Below, piece by piece: positions 40,110-51,650 of a DNA stretch of 64,000 nucleotides. The position numbers and the translations under genes were made by a program. The notes beneath the pieces are model-generated. The model saw only the letters and a program-made list of their open reading frames with translations, ran no database searches and was not told the origin of the DNA. The stretch is from Alphaproteobacteria bacterium (GTDB lineage: Bacteria; Pseudomonadota; Alphaproteobacteria; UBA828). Where the stretch lies: positions 64,001 through 128,000 of the forward strand of contig CAXXMU010000001.1 in NCBI GenBank assembly GCA_963667785.2. Reading direction: 5' to 3'. Position 1 is the stretch's first letter; the number at the start of each line of letters is the position of its first letter.

Positions 40110-40714
40110 GTGTCCGCGCCGGCCGGACGGGGCGGCAGGCCGAGACCGGTCAGCAGCGCGTGGGTCTCGTGCAGGGGCAGGCCCACCACGTTGGAGTAGG
40201 AGCCGCCCATGAAACGGACGAAGGCCGCCGCCCGCCCCTGTATGGCGTAGCCGCCGGCCTTGCCCCGCCATTCGCCGCTCGCCAGATAGTCCGCCACCTC
40301 GCCCTCGGAGAGCCGCTTGAAGGTCACGGCGGTGCGCACCAGGCGGCTCGCCGCACGGCCTGCGGGGTCGATCACCGTGACCCCGCCCCAGACCCGGTGG
40401 CGCTTGCCCGAGAGGAGGACGAGGCAGGCCCGTGCGCTCTCCTCGCTCTGCGCCTTGTCCAGAATGCGCCTGCCGCAGGCGACCACCGTGTCGGCGCCGA
40501 GGACGAACGCGCCCGGATGGCGGGCAGCGACGGCCGCCGCCTTGGCGTGCGCGAGCCGGGCGGCGTGCGCCTCCGGCCGCTCGCCCCGCCGGGGCGTCTC
40601 GTCGAGCGCCGCCGGCTCGACCGTATCCGGCGCGTAGCCGATCTGCTCCAGCAGCGCACGGCGGCGGGGCGATGCCGAGGCGAGCACCAGAGGCGGGCGC
40701 GGCGGGGCAGGCAT
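40106..40714 (-). CDS. maf: Maf family nucleotide pyrophosphatase
   Basis: LASASPRR, GADTVV, KAGGYAIQG, GSYSNVVGLP. Confidence 0.96.
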   Translation of the reverse strand: MPAPPRPPLVLASASPRRRALLEQIGYAPDTVEPAALDETPRRGERPEAHAARLAHAKAAAVAARHPGAFVLGADTVVACGRRILDKAQSEESARACLVLLSGKRHRVWGGVTVIDPAGRAASRLVRTAVTFKRLSEGEVADYLASGEWRGKAGGYAIQGRAAAFVRFMGGSYSNVVGLPLHETHALLTGLGLPPRPAGADT

Positions 40715-40716
40715 CG

Positions 40717-41163
40717 TCAGACCACCGGCGGGCGGTGCGGGCCGAAACGCTCGAGCAGCTGCGCCATGAGCCGGTCCCGCACGTCGCGGTAGGCGAGCAG
40801 TCTGGCCTCGCGGTTGCCCTCGACGATGCTGGGATCGAGGGTGTGCCAGAACTCGACCTCGCAGTGATCGGCGCGGGTGAGCTCGATCGCCCGGTGCTGG
40901 GCTTCCGGCGAGAGCGAGACGACCATGTCGAAGGCGCCGCTCTCCAGGTCGTCGAAGGTCTTGGGCCGGTGCTCGCCGATATCGATGCCGATCTCCGCCA
41001 TGACCAGTACCGCGAACGGATCACGGCTGCCGCCGCGCCGCACACCCGCCGAATCGACGAAGAGGCGGGTGCCGAAGAGGCTCTTCATCAGCCCTTCCGC
41101 CATGGGCGATCGCACGGAGTTCCACGTGCAGGCGAAGAGGATGCTGCCGGGGAGCCCGCCCAT
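40717..41163 (-). CDS. Low-molecular-weight phosphatase / ArsC-like protein
   Basis: CTWNSVRSPMAE (Cx5R), DSAG, DP motif. Confidence 0.9.
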   Translation of the reverse strand: MGGLPGSILFACTWNSVRSPMAEGLMKSLFGTRLFVDSAGVRRGGSRDPFAVLVMAEIGIDIGEHRPKTFDDLESGAFDMVVSLSPEAQHRAIELTRADHCEVEFWHTLDPSIVEGNREARLLAYRDVRDRLMAQLLERFGPHRPPVV

Positions 41164-41171
41164 GGACAGGC

Positions 41172-41657
41172 CTAGAGCCGGACGTGAAGCGCGTGGACGA
41201 GGGTGAAGAGCCGCCGCGCCGTGGTCTCGTCCATGTCGATCGCATCCGCCAGCTCGCTGCGGACGATCTCGGCGCCTTCGTTGTGGAAGGTGCGCCGGCC
41301 CATGTCGATCGCCTCGATGCGGGAGCGCGGCGCGGTTCTGATCGCCTCGTGATAGCTGTCGCAGATCGCCGCATAGTCGCGGAGCGTCTGGCGCAGCGAG
41401 GCGAGCAGCAGCACGGCCCGGGTCTGCGGTGCGCCGGAGTCGTCCTCCACGTGGAGGAGGAGACGCCCCTCCTCGCGGTCGATGCGCAGCCGGTAGGGGC
41501 CGCCCGAGCCGCCGACCGGAGCGAAGTGGTTCTCCTCCAGCAGGTCGTGGATGGCGATGCGGCGTTCGTGCTCGAGATCGGGGCCGCGGCGGAAGCCCGC
41601 GCCCGGATCGAGCACGACCTCGACCAGCCTGGCCGCGCCGGCAGGCTCCTGGCCCAT
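41172..41657 (-). CDS. UPF0262 family protein
   Basis: EHERRIAIHDLLEENHF, IEAIDMGRR, TARRLFTL; follows hisD. Confidence 0.95.
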   Translation of the reverse strand: MGQEPAGAARLVEVVLDPGAGFRRGPDLEHERRIAIHDLLEENHFAPVGGSGGPYRLRIDREEGRLLLHVEDDSGAPQTRAVLLLASLRQTLRDYAAICDSYHEAIRTAPRSRIEAIDMGRRTFHNEGAEIVRSELADAIDMDETTARRLFTLVHALHVRL

Positions 41658-41661
41658 GCGC

Positions 41662-42963
41662 TCACCTCGACCCGCCGCCGAGCCTGAGCGCCACGGAGAG
41701 CGCGTGGGCGTGGAGGCCCTCGGCTTCGGCGAGCGTCACGGCCGCCGGGCCTATGTGCGCGAGGCTCGCGGCGTCGCAGCCGACGAAGGTCGTGCGCTTG
41801 AGGAAGTCCAGCGGCGAGAGGCCCGAGGAGAAGCGGGCGCTGCGGGCCGTCGGCAGGACATGGTTGGGGCCCGCCACATAGTCGCCGATCGCCTCCGGCG
41901 TGTGGCGGCCGAGGAAGATGGCGCCGGCGCTGGTCACGGCCTCGGCGAGCCGCGCCGGCTCGGCCACCGCGAGCTCCAGATGCTCCGGCGCGAGGCGATT
42001 GACCAGCGGCGGCGCCTCGTCGAGGGAGCGCAGCACGATGACTGCGCCGTGGCGGCGCCAGCTTGCGGCGGCGATGTTCGCGCGCGGGAGCCGCGCCAGG
42101 TGCGCCTCCGCCTCCTCCTCCACGCGCGCGGCGAAGGCTGCGTCGTCGGTCATCAGGATCGCCTGCGCGTCCGTGTCATGCTCAGCCTGGGAGAGCAGGT
42201 CCGCGGCGATCCAGTCGGGGTCGTTGGCGCCGTCGGCGACGACCAGGATCTCGGAGGGGCCGGCGATCATGTCGATGCCGACGGTGCCGAAGACCAGGCG
42301 CTTGGCAGCGGCGACCCAGGCGTTGCCGGGGCCCACGATCTTGTCGACCGCCGCGATCGTCTCGGTGCCGTGGGCGAGCGCGGCGATGGCCTGCGCTCCG
42401 CCGACCCGGTAGATCTCGGTGACGCCCGCGAGCGCGGCGGCGGCCATGACCACGGGCTCGAGCACGCCGTCCGGCGTCGGCACGACCATGGCGATCCGGC
42501 CGACGCCTGCGACCCGCGCGGGGATCGCGTTCATCAGCACGGTGCTGGGATAGGCGGCCGTGCCGCCGGGGACGTAGAGGCCGACCGCATCCAGCGCCCG
42601 CCAGCGCGCGCCCAGCCGGACCCCGGCATCGTCGCGGTAGTCGAGATCGGTCGGCATCAGGCGGGCGTGGAACGCCTCGATCCGCTGCGCGGCGTCCGCC
42701 AGCGCACGGCGCACCGGCTCGGGCGCGGCGGCGGCCCGCACCGCGACCTCGTCCGCAGACAGCCGGATCGTCTCCGGCGTGAGCGTGACGCGGTCGAAGC
42801 GCCGCGTGAAGTCGATCAGCGCCGCATCGCCGCCGTCGCGCACGGCGTCGACGATCGCCGCCGCCTCGCGGTCGACGTCGTCCGCGACCCCCCGCCGGGC
42901 CGCGAGCAGGGCGTCGAAGGCCGCGGCGAAGCCGGCGCCCGCGCTATCCAGCCGCCGCGCCAT
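41662..42963 (-). CDS. hisD: Histidinol dehydrogenase
   Basis: [50 protein letters not shown]. Confidence 0.98.
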   Translation of the reverse strand: MARRLDSAGAGFAAAFDALLAARRGVADDVDREAAAIVDAVRDGGDAALIDFTRRFDRVTLTPETIRLSADEVAVRAAAAPEPVRRALADAAQRIEAFHARLMPTDLDYRDDAGVRLGARWRALDAVGLYVPGGTAAYPSTVLMNAIPARVAGVGRIAMVVPTPDGVLEPVVMAAAALAGVTEIYRVGGAQAIAALAHGTETIAAVDKIVGPGNAWVAAAKRLVFGTVGIDMIAGPSEILVVADGANDPDWIAADLLSQAEHDTDAQAILMTDDAAFAARVEEEAEAHLARLPRANIAAASWRRHGAVIVLRSLDEAPPLVNRLAPEHLELAVAEPARLAEAVTSAGAIFLGRHTPEAIGDYVAGPNHVLPTARSARFSSGLSPLDFLKRTTFVGCDAASLAHIGPAAVTLAEAEGLHAHALSVALRLGGGSR

Positions 42964-43609
42964 TCACCGCCTCGCGAAAGCGCTCGATCCAGGCCTGGAG
43001 CGCGCCGGCCTGCGTCTTGAGCGCGGTGCGGTTGACCACCAGCCGGGCGGAGACGTCGGCGATGTGCTCCACCTCGACCAGGCCGTTGGCCCTGAGCGTC
43101 GCGCCGCTGCCGACCAGGTCGACGATCCTGCGGCAGAGCCCGAGCCCCGGCGCCAGCTCCATGGCGCCGTTGAGCTTGATGCACTCGGCCTGCACGCCGC
43201 GCGCGGCGAAGTGGCGGCGCGTCACGTGCGGATACTTGGTGGCGACCCGCACGTGGGACCAGCGCGACGGATCGTCCCCGTCGGCCAGCGCCGCCGGCTC
43301 CGCCACCACCATCCGGCAGAGCCCGATACCGAGATCGAGCGGCGCATAGATCTCGCGGTAGTCGAATTCCATCAGCACGTCGTTGCCGACGACCCCGAGC
43401 TGGGCCGCGCCGAAGGCGACGAAGGTGGCGACGTCGAAGCTGCGGACCCGGATCAGGTCGAGCCCGCGCTCCGAGGTGGCGAAACGGAGCTGGCGCGCGC
43501 CTTCGTCGGCGAAAGCGTCTTCCGGCTCGATGCCCGCGCGCCTGAGCAGCGGCGCGAGCTCGCGCGCGATCCTGCCCTTGGGCAGCGCCAGCAGCATGCC
43601 ATCGCTCAC
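42944..43609 (-). CDS. hisG: ATP phosphoribosyltransferase, short form
   Basis: [39 protein letters not shown]; 221 aa, so HisZ-dependent type. Confidence 0.97.
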   Translation of the reverse strand: MSDGMLLALPKGRIARELAPLLRRAGIEPEDAFADEGARQLRFATSERGLDLIRVRSFDVATFVAFGAAQLGVVGNDVLMEFDYREIYAPLDLGIGLCRMVVAEPAALADGDDPSRWSHVRVATKYPHVTRRHFAARGVQAECIKLNGAMELAPGLGLCRRIVDLVGSGATLRANGLVEVEHIADVSARLVVNRTALKTQAGALQAWIERFREAVNGAAAG

Positions 43610-44037
43610 GACACCGCCTCCCGTTCGCCCGCGAACGCCGCGTGCGGCTCCTCCAAATCCTCGAGGCGGCAGTCGAGACGGTCGGCCTCGAGCCAGACCT
43701 CGGCGTCGCTCTCGAAGAGAAGCCGGATGACGGCACCGTGCCGGCCGGGCTCGGCGACGATGCCCGCGAGCCGCAGCAGCCGCGTCGGCTGCGCGCGGTC
43801 GATGCCGCGCTGCCTGACCGCCGACACCGCGTCGAAGCGGATGGCAGCAGCGGCCTGGCCGGCGGGTCCGCCGGCCTCCCTGCGGCAGCGGCGCACGGCG
43901 ATCGCCGCGAAGCGCTCGTCTGCAGGCACGAAGGCCATCTCGCCCACCGCGAAGACGGCGTCCTGCAGGCAGGCGGAGATCACGGCGAGATCGCCGTCAT
44001 CTTCCGCACGCAGCCTCAGTCGCTCCGGCGCCGTCAA
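43606..44037 (-). CDS. DUF2948 family protein
   Basis: [21 protein letters not shown]; TTG start overlaps the murA stop; usual position between murA and hisG/hisD. Confidence 0.85.
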   Translation of the reverse strand: MTAPERLRLRAEDDGDLAVISACLQDAVFAVGEMAFVPADERFAAIAVRRCRREAGGPAGQAAAAIRFDAVSAVRQRGIDRAQPTRLLRLAGIVAEPGRHGAVIRLLFESDAEVWLEADRLDCRLEDLEEPHAAFAGEREAVS

Positions 44038-45317
44038 TGCGCGACCCGGTCGATCTCGGCGCCGCAGGCCGCGAGCTTGTCCTCGATCCGCTCGTAGCCG
44101 CGATCGAGGTGATAGACCCGGTGGACCACCGTCTCGCCTTCGGCCGCGAGCCCCGCCAGCACCAGCGACGACGAGGCGCGGAGGTCGGTGGCCATCACCG
44201 GCGCGCCGGTCAGCGCGGCGACGCCCCGCACCAGCGCGGAGGCGCCGCGCACCGTGATGTCGGCCCCCATGCGGCGCAGCTCCTGCACGTGCATGAAGCG
44301 GTTCTCGAAGATCGTCTCCGTGATCACCGCGGCGCCGTCCGCGACCGTCATCAGGGACATCGCCTGCGCCTGGAGATCGGTGGGGAAGCCCGGATAGGGT
44401 CTCGTCGTCACGTCGGCTGCGGTGGGCCTGCCGTTGCCCTGCACCCTGAGCCCGCGCGCCGTCTTGCTGACGGCGACGCCGGCCGCGGCGAGATAGTCGA
44501 GCAGCGAGCGCAACGATGCCGCAGGCGCCCCGGCGAGCTCGACATCGCCGCCGACCATGGCAGCGGCCAGCGCATAGGTGCCGGCTTCGATCCTGTCGCC
44601 CACCACGTCGTGCTCGGTGCCGGAAAGTGCCCGCTTGCCGCGAATCACGAGCTCGTCGCTGCCGATCCCGCCGATCTCCGCGCCCATCGCGACGAGACAG
44701 CGGGCGAGATCGACGACCTCGGGCTCGCGCGCCGCGTTGCGGATGGTCGTCTCGCCATCGGCGAGCGTCGCCGCCATCATCAGGTTCTCGGTCGCCCCCA
44801 CCGAGGCGAAGGGCAGCCGGATCTCGGCCCCGCGCAGGCGCCCGCGCGTCTGCGCCCGGATGTTGCCGTCTTCGAGCACGATCTCGGCGCCGAGCCGGGT
44901 CAGCCCGTCGATGTGCATGTCGACCGGACGGGAGCCGATGGCACAGCCGCCGGGGAGCGACACGGTCGCGCAACCGGCGCGGGCGAGCAGCGGCCCCAGA
45001 ACCAGGATCGAGGCGCGCATCCGGCACACGAGCTCGTAAGGCGCCGTGGTGCTGTGGATATCGCCGGCGCGGAGCGAGAGCACTCGTCCCGCGTTGCCGC
45101 CCCGCCGGGCGCTGCCGTCCATGCCGATCTCGACGCCGTGCTGGGCGAGGAGGTGCGCCAGCGTGGTGATGTCGGTGAGGTGCGGGATGTTCGAGAGGGT
45201 CAGCGTCTCTTCGGTCAGCAGGCTCGCCGCCATCAGCGGCAGGGCCGCGTTCTTGGCACCGAAGATCTCGATCTCGCCCTCGAGAGGGCGGCCGCCCCTG
45301 ATCCTGATACTGTCCAT
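44034..45317 (-). CDS. murA: UDP-N-acetylglucosamine 1-carboxyvinyltransferase
   Basis: [35 protein letters not shown] (catalytic Cys present), [17 protein letters not shown]. Confidence 0.98.
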   Translation of the reverse strand: MDSIRIRGGRPLEGEIEIFGAKNAALPLMAASLLTEETLTLSNIPHLTDITTLAHLLAQHGVEIGMDGSARRGGNAGRVLSLRAGDIHSTTAPYELVCRMRASILVLGPLLARAGCATVSLPGGCAIGSRPVDMHIDGLTRLGAEIVLEDGNIRAQTRGRLRGAEIRLPFASVGATENLMMAATLADGETTIRNAAREPEVVDLARCLVAMGAEIGGIGSDELVIRGKRALSGTEHDVVGDRIEAGTYALAAAMVGGDVELAGAPAASLRSLLDYLAAAGVAVSKTARGLRVQGNGRPTAADVTTRPYPGFPTDLQAQAMSLMTVADGAAVITETIFENRFMHVQELRRMGADITVRGASALVRGVAALTGAPVMATDLRASSSLVLAGLAAEGETVVHRVYHLDRGYERIEDKLAACGAEIDRVAH

Positions 45318-45595
45318 GAACAGCCCCTGGCGCCGGGGGCACGGCGCCGCAAAGCCGTGCGGCCGCACGTGCATCGGCGCGGCCGCCCCGTCCGCGTTCG
45401 CCGGCGCACCATAGGCGAGCGGCGGCGGCGCGACAAGCACGGGCGGTGGTACACTCCGCCATTGCCTGTTGCCCGCCACCGCCGTAGTCATGCGCCGCGG
45501 CACATCATGCAAGACCAGGGGAGGGACCCGTTGGACGGTTCCATCGTCGCCGGCCTGTGCGCCGGCCCGGCCCGGCGGCCGGAGGAGCTGAGCGA

Positions 45596-46603
45596 ATGAG
45601 CGCGAAGGGGCTCGCGATCGGCAAGCTGCCGCCGGACCTGCTGGCCGAGCTGCTGGTGACGGGGCGGCCCGCGCCGCCCGAGCTGCTGCTGCCGCCGACG
45701 GTCGGCGAGGATGCGGGCGTCGTCGCCGTCGAGCGCGGCGCGCTCGTCGCCGCGAGCGACCCGGTGACGCTCACCGGGCAGGACGTCGGCGCCCACGCGG
45801 TGATCGTGAACGCGAACGACATTGCCGTCATGGGCGCGCGTCCGCGCTGGTTCACGGCGACCGTCCTTCTGCCGCCGGGGATCACGGAGGCCGAGGTGCG
45901 CGCGCTCTACCGGCGCATGCACGAGGCGCTCGCCGGCCTCGACGCCGTGCTGGTCGGCGGCCATGTCGAGGTCACCGATGCCGTCCGCCGCACCGTCGTC
46001 GTCGGCCACATGATGGGGCTTCGGGAGGACGGCGACTTCGCCCGCACCGCCGCGCTGGAGCCGGGGCAGACGGTGGTGCAGATCGGCCCGGCGCCGGTGG
46101 AAGGCGCGGCCGTTCTCGCGGCCGAGGCGGGCGATCTGCTGCGCGACCGGGTCGCCGCCGCGACTCTGGCCGAGGCCGCCGGCGCGCTTGCCGAGCCCGG
46201 CATATCGGTGGTCGATGCCGCGCTGCGGGCCGCCGCGCTCGGCGCCAGCGCCATGCACGACCCGACCGAGGGCGGGCTCTCCGCCGGGCTCTACGAAATG
46301 GCGGAGGCGGCGGAAATCGGGCTGGTCGTCTCGGCCGATGCCGTGCTTTGGTACGAGCCGGGCCGCATCCTCTCGGAGGCGCTCGGCATCGACCCGTGGG
46401 GGCTGCTCGCCTCCGGTGCGCTGCTCGCGGCCTTTCCGACCGGCGAGGCCGAGGATGCGCTCGCGACGCTCGCGGCCGAAGGCTTCGCCTGCGCGACCAT
46501 CGCCCGCGCCGAGGCGGGACGCGGCGTCGCCTTCGAGGATGGCGGCCCGGTGCCGCGCTTCGCCCGCGACGAGATGATCCGCGTGGTCAGCGCCGGGGAG
46601 TAG
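45596..46603 (+). CDS. AIR synthase-related (PurM/HypE/ThiL-like) protein
   Basis: [44 protein letters not shown]. Confidence 0.88.
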   Translation: MSAKGLAIGKLPPDLLAELLVTGRPAPPELLLPPTVGEDAGVVAVERGALVAASDPVTLTGQDVGAHAVIVNANDIAVMGARPRWFTATVLLPPGITEAEVRALYRRMHEALAGLDAVLVGGHVEVTDAVRRTVVVGHMMGLREDGDFARTAALEPGQTVVQIGPAPVEGAAVLAAEAGDLLRDRVAAATLAEAAGALAEPGISVVDAALRAAALGASAMHDPTEGGLSAGLYEMAEAAEIGLVVSADAVLWYEPGRILSEALGIDPWGLLASGALLAAFPTGEAEDALATLAAEGFACATIARAEAGRGVAFEDGGPVPRFARDEMIRVVSAGE

Positions 46604-46615
46604 GGCGCGGGGCGC

Positions 46616-47431
46616 TCAGGCGGCGCAGTGGTCGGCGGCCGCTCCCTCGTGGACGGAGAGGTCGACGATGCGGCGATCGGCACCGCAGAGCGCGCAGGCC
46701 GGATCCGGCTTCACCTTGATCTTGCGGAAGGTGGCGCCGAGCCCGTCGTAGACGATCAGGCTGCCTGACAGGCTCTCGCCGATCCCCAGCAACTCCTTCA
46801 GAACCTCGGTCGCCTGCAGCGATCCCATGGAGCCCGCCACGGCGCCGAGGATGCCGCCCTCCGCGCAGGACGGGATCAGCCCCGGCGGCGGCGCCTCGGG
46901 GAAGATGCAGCGATAGCATGGGTTGTCCCCGCCGAGATGGGCCTTGAAGGTCGCGAGCTGGCCGTCGAAGCGCAGGATCGAGGCGGAAACCAGCGTCTTG
47001 CCGGAGAGAAAGCAGGCGTCGTTGATGAGAAAGCGCGTCGCGAAATTGTCGCTGCCGTCGGCGACCAGGTCGTAGCGTCCGATCAGCTCCATCGCGTTGC
47101 CGGGCTCGAGCCGGGTCTGGTGGCTCTCCACGGTCACGTCCGGGTTGATCCGCGCCACCGTCTCGGCCGCGCTCTCGGTCTTGGGATGGCCGATGCGGGC
47201 CTCCGTGTGGGCGATCTGCCGCTGCAGGTTCGAGAGCGCCACCGCGTCGTCGTCGACGACGCCGAGAGTGCCGACGCCGGCCGCCGCGAGATAGAGCAGC
47301 AGCGGCGAGCCGAGGCCGCCGGCGCCGACCACCAGCACTCTCGAGTCCAGGAGCGTCCGCTGGCCCGTGCCGCCCACTTCCTGCAGCAGGATGTGGCGGG
47401 CGTAGCGCTCGAGCTGGCGTTCGTTGAACAT
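46616..47431 (-). CDS. moeB: MoeB/ThiF family adenylyltransferase
   Basis: RYARHILL, GAGGLGSP, SNLQRQ, DGSDNFATR, CYRC, CALC. Confidence 0.93.
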   Translation of the reverse strand: MFNERQLERYARHILLQEVGGTGQRTLLDSRVLVVGAGGLGSPLLLYLAAAGVGTLGVVDDDAVALSNLQRQIAHTEARIGHPKTESAAETVARINPDVTVESHQTRLEPGNAMELIGRYDLVADGSDNFATRFLINDACFLSGKTLVSASILRFDGQLATFKAHLGGDNPCYRCIFPEAPPPGLIPSCAEGGILGAVAGSMGSLQATEVLKELLGIGESLSGSLIVYDGLGATFRKIKVKPDPACALCGADRRIVDLSVHEGAAADHCAA

Positions 47432-47447
47432 GGCGGCCCGGCGTTTC

Positions 47448-48449
47448 CTAGAGCCCCGCGAAGAGGTCGGTGGAGAGGTAGCGCTCGGCGAAGGAGGGGA
47501 CGATGACGAGGATGCGCTTGCCCGCCATCTCCTCGCGCGCGCCGACCTGCAGCGCGGCGGCGATGGCGGCACCCGACGAGATGCCCACCGGGATGCCTTC
47601 GAGCCGCGCCACCTTCCGGGCGGTCTCGATGGCGGCCTCGTCGCCGATCTGGATCAGTTCGTCGATCACCGAGCGGTCGAGCACGCCCGGCACAAAGCCC
47701 GCGCCGATGCCCTGAATCTTGTGCGGCCCCGCGGGGCCGCCGGAGAGAACCGCGCTCGCCTCGGGCTCGACCCCGATCAGCCTGAGCGCGGGCAGGCGGG
47801 GCCTGAGCACCTGGCCGATGCCGGTGACCGTGCCGCCGGTGCCGACGCCGCAGACGACGGCGTCCAGCGCGCCGCCGGTATCCCGCCAGATCTCCTCCGC
47901 CGTGGTCACGCGGTGGATCGCCGGGTTCGCCGGGTTCTCGAACTGCTGGAGCATCACCGCGCCAGGGATCTCCTCCACCAGCGCGATGGCACGGGCGAGC
48001 GCTCCCGGTATGCCCTCGGCTGCGGGCGTCAGCTCCAGCTCGGCGCCCAGCAGCGAGAGAATGCGCCGGCGCTCGATCGACATGCTCTCCGGCATGGTGA
48101 GGATCAGCCGGTAGCCCTTCGCCGCCGCCACGAAGGCGAGCGCGATGCCGGTGTTGCCCGACGTGGGCTCCACCAGCACCGAGCGGCCGGGCTCGATCGT
48201 GCCGTCGGCTTCCGCCGCTTCGATCATGGAGACGCCGATGCGGTCCTTCACCGAGGCGAGCGGGTTGAAGAACTCGAGCTTGCCCACGATCTCGGCGCCG
48301 CAGCCGGCCTCGGCCGGCAGGCGGTTGAAGCGCACCAGCGGCGTGGACCCGATGGTCTCGGCGATGCTGTCGTAGATGCGGCCCCGCACGGCCGGCGCCG
48401 GCGCGGTCACGGCGGGCGCGGCAGCCTCGTCGGGGTGATCTCGTGCCAT
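47448..48449 (-). CDS. cysK: Cysteine synthase A
   Basis: [47 protein letters not shown]. Confidence 0.97.
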   Translation of the reverse strand: MARDHPDEAAAPAVTAPAPAVRGRIYDSIAETIGSTPLVRFNRLPAEAGCGAEIVGKLEFFNPLASVKDRIGVSMIEAAEADGTIEPGRSVLVEPTSGNTGIALAFVAAAKGYRLILTMPESMSIERRRILSLLGAELELTPAAEGIPGALARAIALVEEIPGAVMLQQFENPANPAIHRVTTAEEIWRDTGGALDAVVCGVGTGGTVTGIGQVLRPRLPALRLIGVEPEASAVLSGGPAGPHKIQGIGAGFVPGVLDRSVIDELIQIGDEAAIETARKVARLEGIPVGISSGAAIAAALQVGAREEMAGKRILVIVPSFAERYLSTDLFAGL

Positions 48450-48566
48450 GGTCCGCTCGGCTCGCTCTGTCATGCGGCGCTGCGACGGCCTCGCCGCCGC
48501 CCCGCCGGGCGAGGATGGCCGAGCAGGTACGTCAGTGCGGCCGGCGGCAGCCAACCGTCGCGGGCA

Positions 48567-48878
48567 TTACCTCTTGGTCCTCGCGCAACTGCTCTTCTTG
48601 ACCGCCTTGGTCTCGTTCTCGTGCGCGTCGAGGGTCGTGGACGCACTCTGCGCGCCCTTGGAGCCGTCGAGGCAGGTGGAGCCGTCGGCGGTGCTGATGC
48701 CGATGCAGTCTGCGGTCTTGCCGCCATCCGTCGTGACCGAGACCAGCTCGAGGTGATGGTGGTCCGCACGAGCCTCGCCGGCGGCAAAGCCCGTTGCCGC
48801 CGCCACCGCCAAGCCTGCGACGAGCGCCAGGGGCAGCGCGGCCCCGAGACCAAACCGAACTCCGCGAATCAACGTCAT
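48567..48878 (-). CDS. Small secreted hypothetical protein
   Basis: GAGGAG RBS; hydrophobic signal ending ARA; coding-like codon usage; no family recognised. Confidence 0.6.
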   Translation of the reverse strand: MTLIRGVRFGLGAALPLALVAGLAVAAATGFAAGEARADHHHLELVSVTTDGGKTADCIGISTADGSTCLDGSKGAQSASTTLDAHENETKAVKKSSCARTKR

Positions 48879-48976
48879 GCCCGTCTCCTCACTCGTGACC
48901 GGCTCATGGTCGCCCGGTACGGCCGGGCATTGTGCAACGCGCATCGACCGCGATCAACGGCGTTCCATCACGTGCC

Positions 48977-49456
48977 TCAACCGCCCTCGCTTTCGGGTTC
49001 CAGCCCGGTCGAGCCGAAGCCGCCTGCGCCGCGTGCGCTCGGCGGCACCGCGCCCTCGACCAGGCGCACGCAGGCCACGGGCGCGATCACGAGCTGGGCT
49101 ATGCGCATGCCGCGTTCCACCACGAAGGGCCGCTCGCCCAGATTGACGAGCAACACGCCGATCTCGCCGCGATAGTCGGAATCGATCGTGCCGGGGCTGT
49201 TGAGCACGGTGACGCCGTGCTTCAGCCCGAGGCCCGAGCGCGGCCTGATCTGGCCCTCGAAGCCCTCGGGCAGCGCCAGCGCGAGGCCGCATCCGACGAG
49301 CGCGCGCGCCCCCGGCGCAAGTCGTAGCGGCCCGGTCGCGGCGTGGAGATCGAGCCCGGAGCTGCCGGCGCTGGCATGGGCCGGCAGCGGCAGGTCGCGT
49401 GCGTGGGCGAGGCGCTCGACCGTGACCTCGACCGGCGTCCCCGCTGCCCCGCTCAT
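48977..49456 (-). CDS. dut: dUTP diphosphatase
   Basis: [41 protein letters not shown]. Confidence 0.98.
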   Translation of the reverse strand: MSGAAGTPVEVTVERLAHARDLPLPAHASAGSSGLDLHAATGPLRLAPGARALVGCGLALALPEGFEGQIRPRSGLGLKHGVTVLNSPGTIDSDYRGEIGVLLVNLGERPFVVERGMRIAQLVIAPVACVRLVEGAVPPSARGAGGFGSTGLEPESEGG

Positions 49457-50730
49457 GCCGCGCCGGTGCCGAGCGCGCGTGCGATGCGTTCGGCGAGCCG
49501 TCTCGCGACCTCTGCCTTGCTCATGCGCGGCCAGCGCTCGACCGCCGGCGCCTCGCCCTCGCCCACGCCGGTGAGCAGGCAGATATGGTTGTCGTCGCCG
49601 CCGAAGACGCCACTCTCCGGCGCCACCCGGTTGGCGAGGATCCAGTCGCAGCCCTTCGCCTCGAGCTTGGCGGCGGCGTTCGCCTCCACGTCCTCGGTCT
49701 CGGCTGCGAAGCCGATCACCAGGCGCGGGCGCCGCGGGCCGGGGGCGCCGAGCCGGGCCAGGATGTCCGGGTTCTCGGCGAGCTCCAGCGCGGGCGGGCC
49801 GTCGCCGGCGCCCTTCTTCATCTTCTGCGTCCGGGGCGCCGCCGCCCGCCAGTCCGAGACCGCGGCTGCGCAGATGGCGATGTCGGTGGGCAGGCCCTGC
49901 TCGCAGGCGGCCAGCATCTCGTGTGCCGTCTCGATCCGCACTGTCTCCACGCCCGCCGGCGCCGGCTCGGCGGTGGGGCCGGAGACGAGCAGCACGTCCG
50001 CGCCCGCATCGGCGCAGGCGGCCGCGATGGCGTGCCCCTGCTTGCCCGAGGAGCGGTTGCCGAGGAAGCGCACCGGATCGATGGGCTCGTAGGTCGGCCC
50101 GCTGGTGACCAGCACCCGCACGCCCGCCAGTGGACGGGCGCAGGTCCCGCCCAGGCAGGCCGCGATGGCGGCCATGATCTCGGGCACCTCGGCCATGCGG
50201 CCGGGGCCGCTCTCGCCCTCGGCGAGCGGGCCGTCATTGGGCCCAACGAAGCTGACCCCGTCCGCCTCCAGGCGCGCGCGGTTGCGCTGGGTCGCCGAAT
50301 GGAGCCACATCCGCGTGTTCATCGCGGGCGCCGCGAGCACCGGCCTGTCGGCGGCCAGCAGGGTCGAGGTCGCAAGGTCGTCGGCGATGCCGTGGGCCAT
50401 CTTCGCCATAATGTCGGCGGTGGCCGGCGCCACCACCACGAGGTCCGCCTCCTGACCCAGCCTGATGTGGGCGATGTCGCTGTCGGCGGTGAGCGCGAGC
50501 GTGTCGCTGAAGAGCGTCTGGCCGGTAAGCGTCTCGACCGAGAGCGGGGTGACGAACGCGGCGCCGGCGCGGGTGAGGATGCAGCGCACCTCGGCGCCGG
50601 CGTCTCTCAGCCGCCGGATCAGCTCGAGGCACTTGTAGGCGGCGATGCCGCCCGCGATCACCAGCAGGATCCGCTTGTCGCGCAGCGCCGCGGCGGATCC
50701 GCCCCCGCTCCCGTCAGCCGCTACCTGCAT
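49453..50730 (-). CDS. coaBC: Phosphopantothenoylcysteine decarboxylase / phosphopantothenate-cysteine ligase
   Basis: [51 protein letters not shown]. Confidence 0.98.
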   Translation of the reverse strand: MQVAADGSGGGSAAALRDKRILLVIAGGIAAYKCLELIRRLRDAGAEVRCILTRAGAAFVTPLSVETLTGQTLFSDTLALTADSDIAHIRLGQEADLVVVAPATADIMAKMAHGIADDLATSTLLAADRPVLAAPAMNTRMWLHSATQRNRARLEADGVSFVGPNDGPLAEGESGPGRMAEVPEIMAAIAACLGGTCARPLAGVRVLVTSGPTYEPIDPVRFLGNRSSGKQGHAIAAACADAGADVLLVSGPTAEPAPAGVETVRIETAHEMLAACEQGLPTDIAICAAAVSDWRAAAPRTQKMKKGAGDGPPALELAENPDILARLGAPGPRRPRLVIGFAAETEDVEANAAAKLEAKGCDWILANRVAPESGVFGGDDNHICLLTGVGEGEAPAVERWPRMSKAEVARRLAERIARALGTGAA

Positions 50731-50784
50731 CCGGGTACGCTACGGGGGCCGGGCGGACGCGGCAAGAGCCGCGCCGGGGGTCGC

Positions 50785-51642
50785 TCAGGGCCAGTGCGCC
50801 GCCGGCGGCAGCGACATCAGGATCGCCTCCACGTTACCGCCGGTCTCGAGCCCGAAGCGGGTGCCGCGGTCGTAGAGCAGGTTGAACTCGACGTAGCGCC
50901 CGCGGCGTACGAGTTGGTGGGCGCGCTGTTCCTCGGTCCAGGGCTCGCCCATGCGGCGGCGCACGATCGCCGGATAGACGTCGAGGAAGGCGCGGCCGAC
51001 GTCCCGGGTGAAGGCGAAGTCCGCCTCCCAGTCGCCGCTGTTGAGGTCGTCGTAGAAGATGCCGCCAGCGCCGCGCGGCTCCTCCCGGTGGGGCAGGTAG
51101 AAGTAGCGGTCGCACCACGCCTTGAAGCGCGGGTAGTAGTCCGCGTCGTGGCGGGCGCAGGCGCGCTCGAGCGCCGCGTGGAAATCGGCCGCATCCCGCT
51201 CGTCCGGGTAGGTCGGCGTGAGGTCGCTGCCGCCGCCGAACCACCAGGCGCGGGTGACGATGTGGCGCGTGTTCATGTGGACCGCCGGCACCAGCGGCGA
51301 GCGCATGTGCGCCACGACGGAGATCCCGCTGGCCCAGAAGCGCCCGTCCTCTGCGGCGCCAGTCACCTTCTGGCGGAAGCTCTCGGAGAGCGTGCCGTGC
51401 ACGGTGGACACGTTGACGCCCACCTTCTCGAAGACGCGGCCGCGCATGATCGCCATGACGCCCCCCCCGCCGCCGGGGCGCTCCCAGGGCTTGCGATCGA
51501 AGCGGCCGGGGGGTGCGCCGGCGGAGTCCGCCCCGCCGTCGGCCTCGATTGCCTCGAAGGCGGCGCAGATCTCGTCGCGCAACGCCTCGAACCAGGCGCG
51601 CGCCTGCACCTGTCGCGCCGTCTCGTCGCCTGGCTCGCTCAT
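50785..51642 (-). CDS. hemF: Oxygen-dependent coproporphyrinogen III oxidase
   Basis: [39 protein letters not shown]. Confidence 0.97.
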   Translation of the reverse strand: MSEPGDETARQVQARAWFEALRDEICAAFEAIEADGGADSAGAPPGRFDRKPWERPGGGGGVMAIMRGRVFEKVGVNVSTVHGTLSESFRQKVTGAAEDGRFWASGISVVAHMRSPLVPAVHMNTRHIVTRAWWFGGGSDLTPTYPDERDAADFHAALERACARHDADYYPRFKAWCDRYFYLPHREEPRGAGGIFYDDLNSGDWEADFAFTRDVGRAFLDVYPAIVRRRMGEPWTEEQRAHQLVRRGRYVEFNLLYDRGTRFGLETGGNVEAILMSLPPAAHWP

Positions 51643-51650
51643 CGGAGCCC

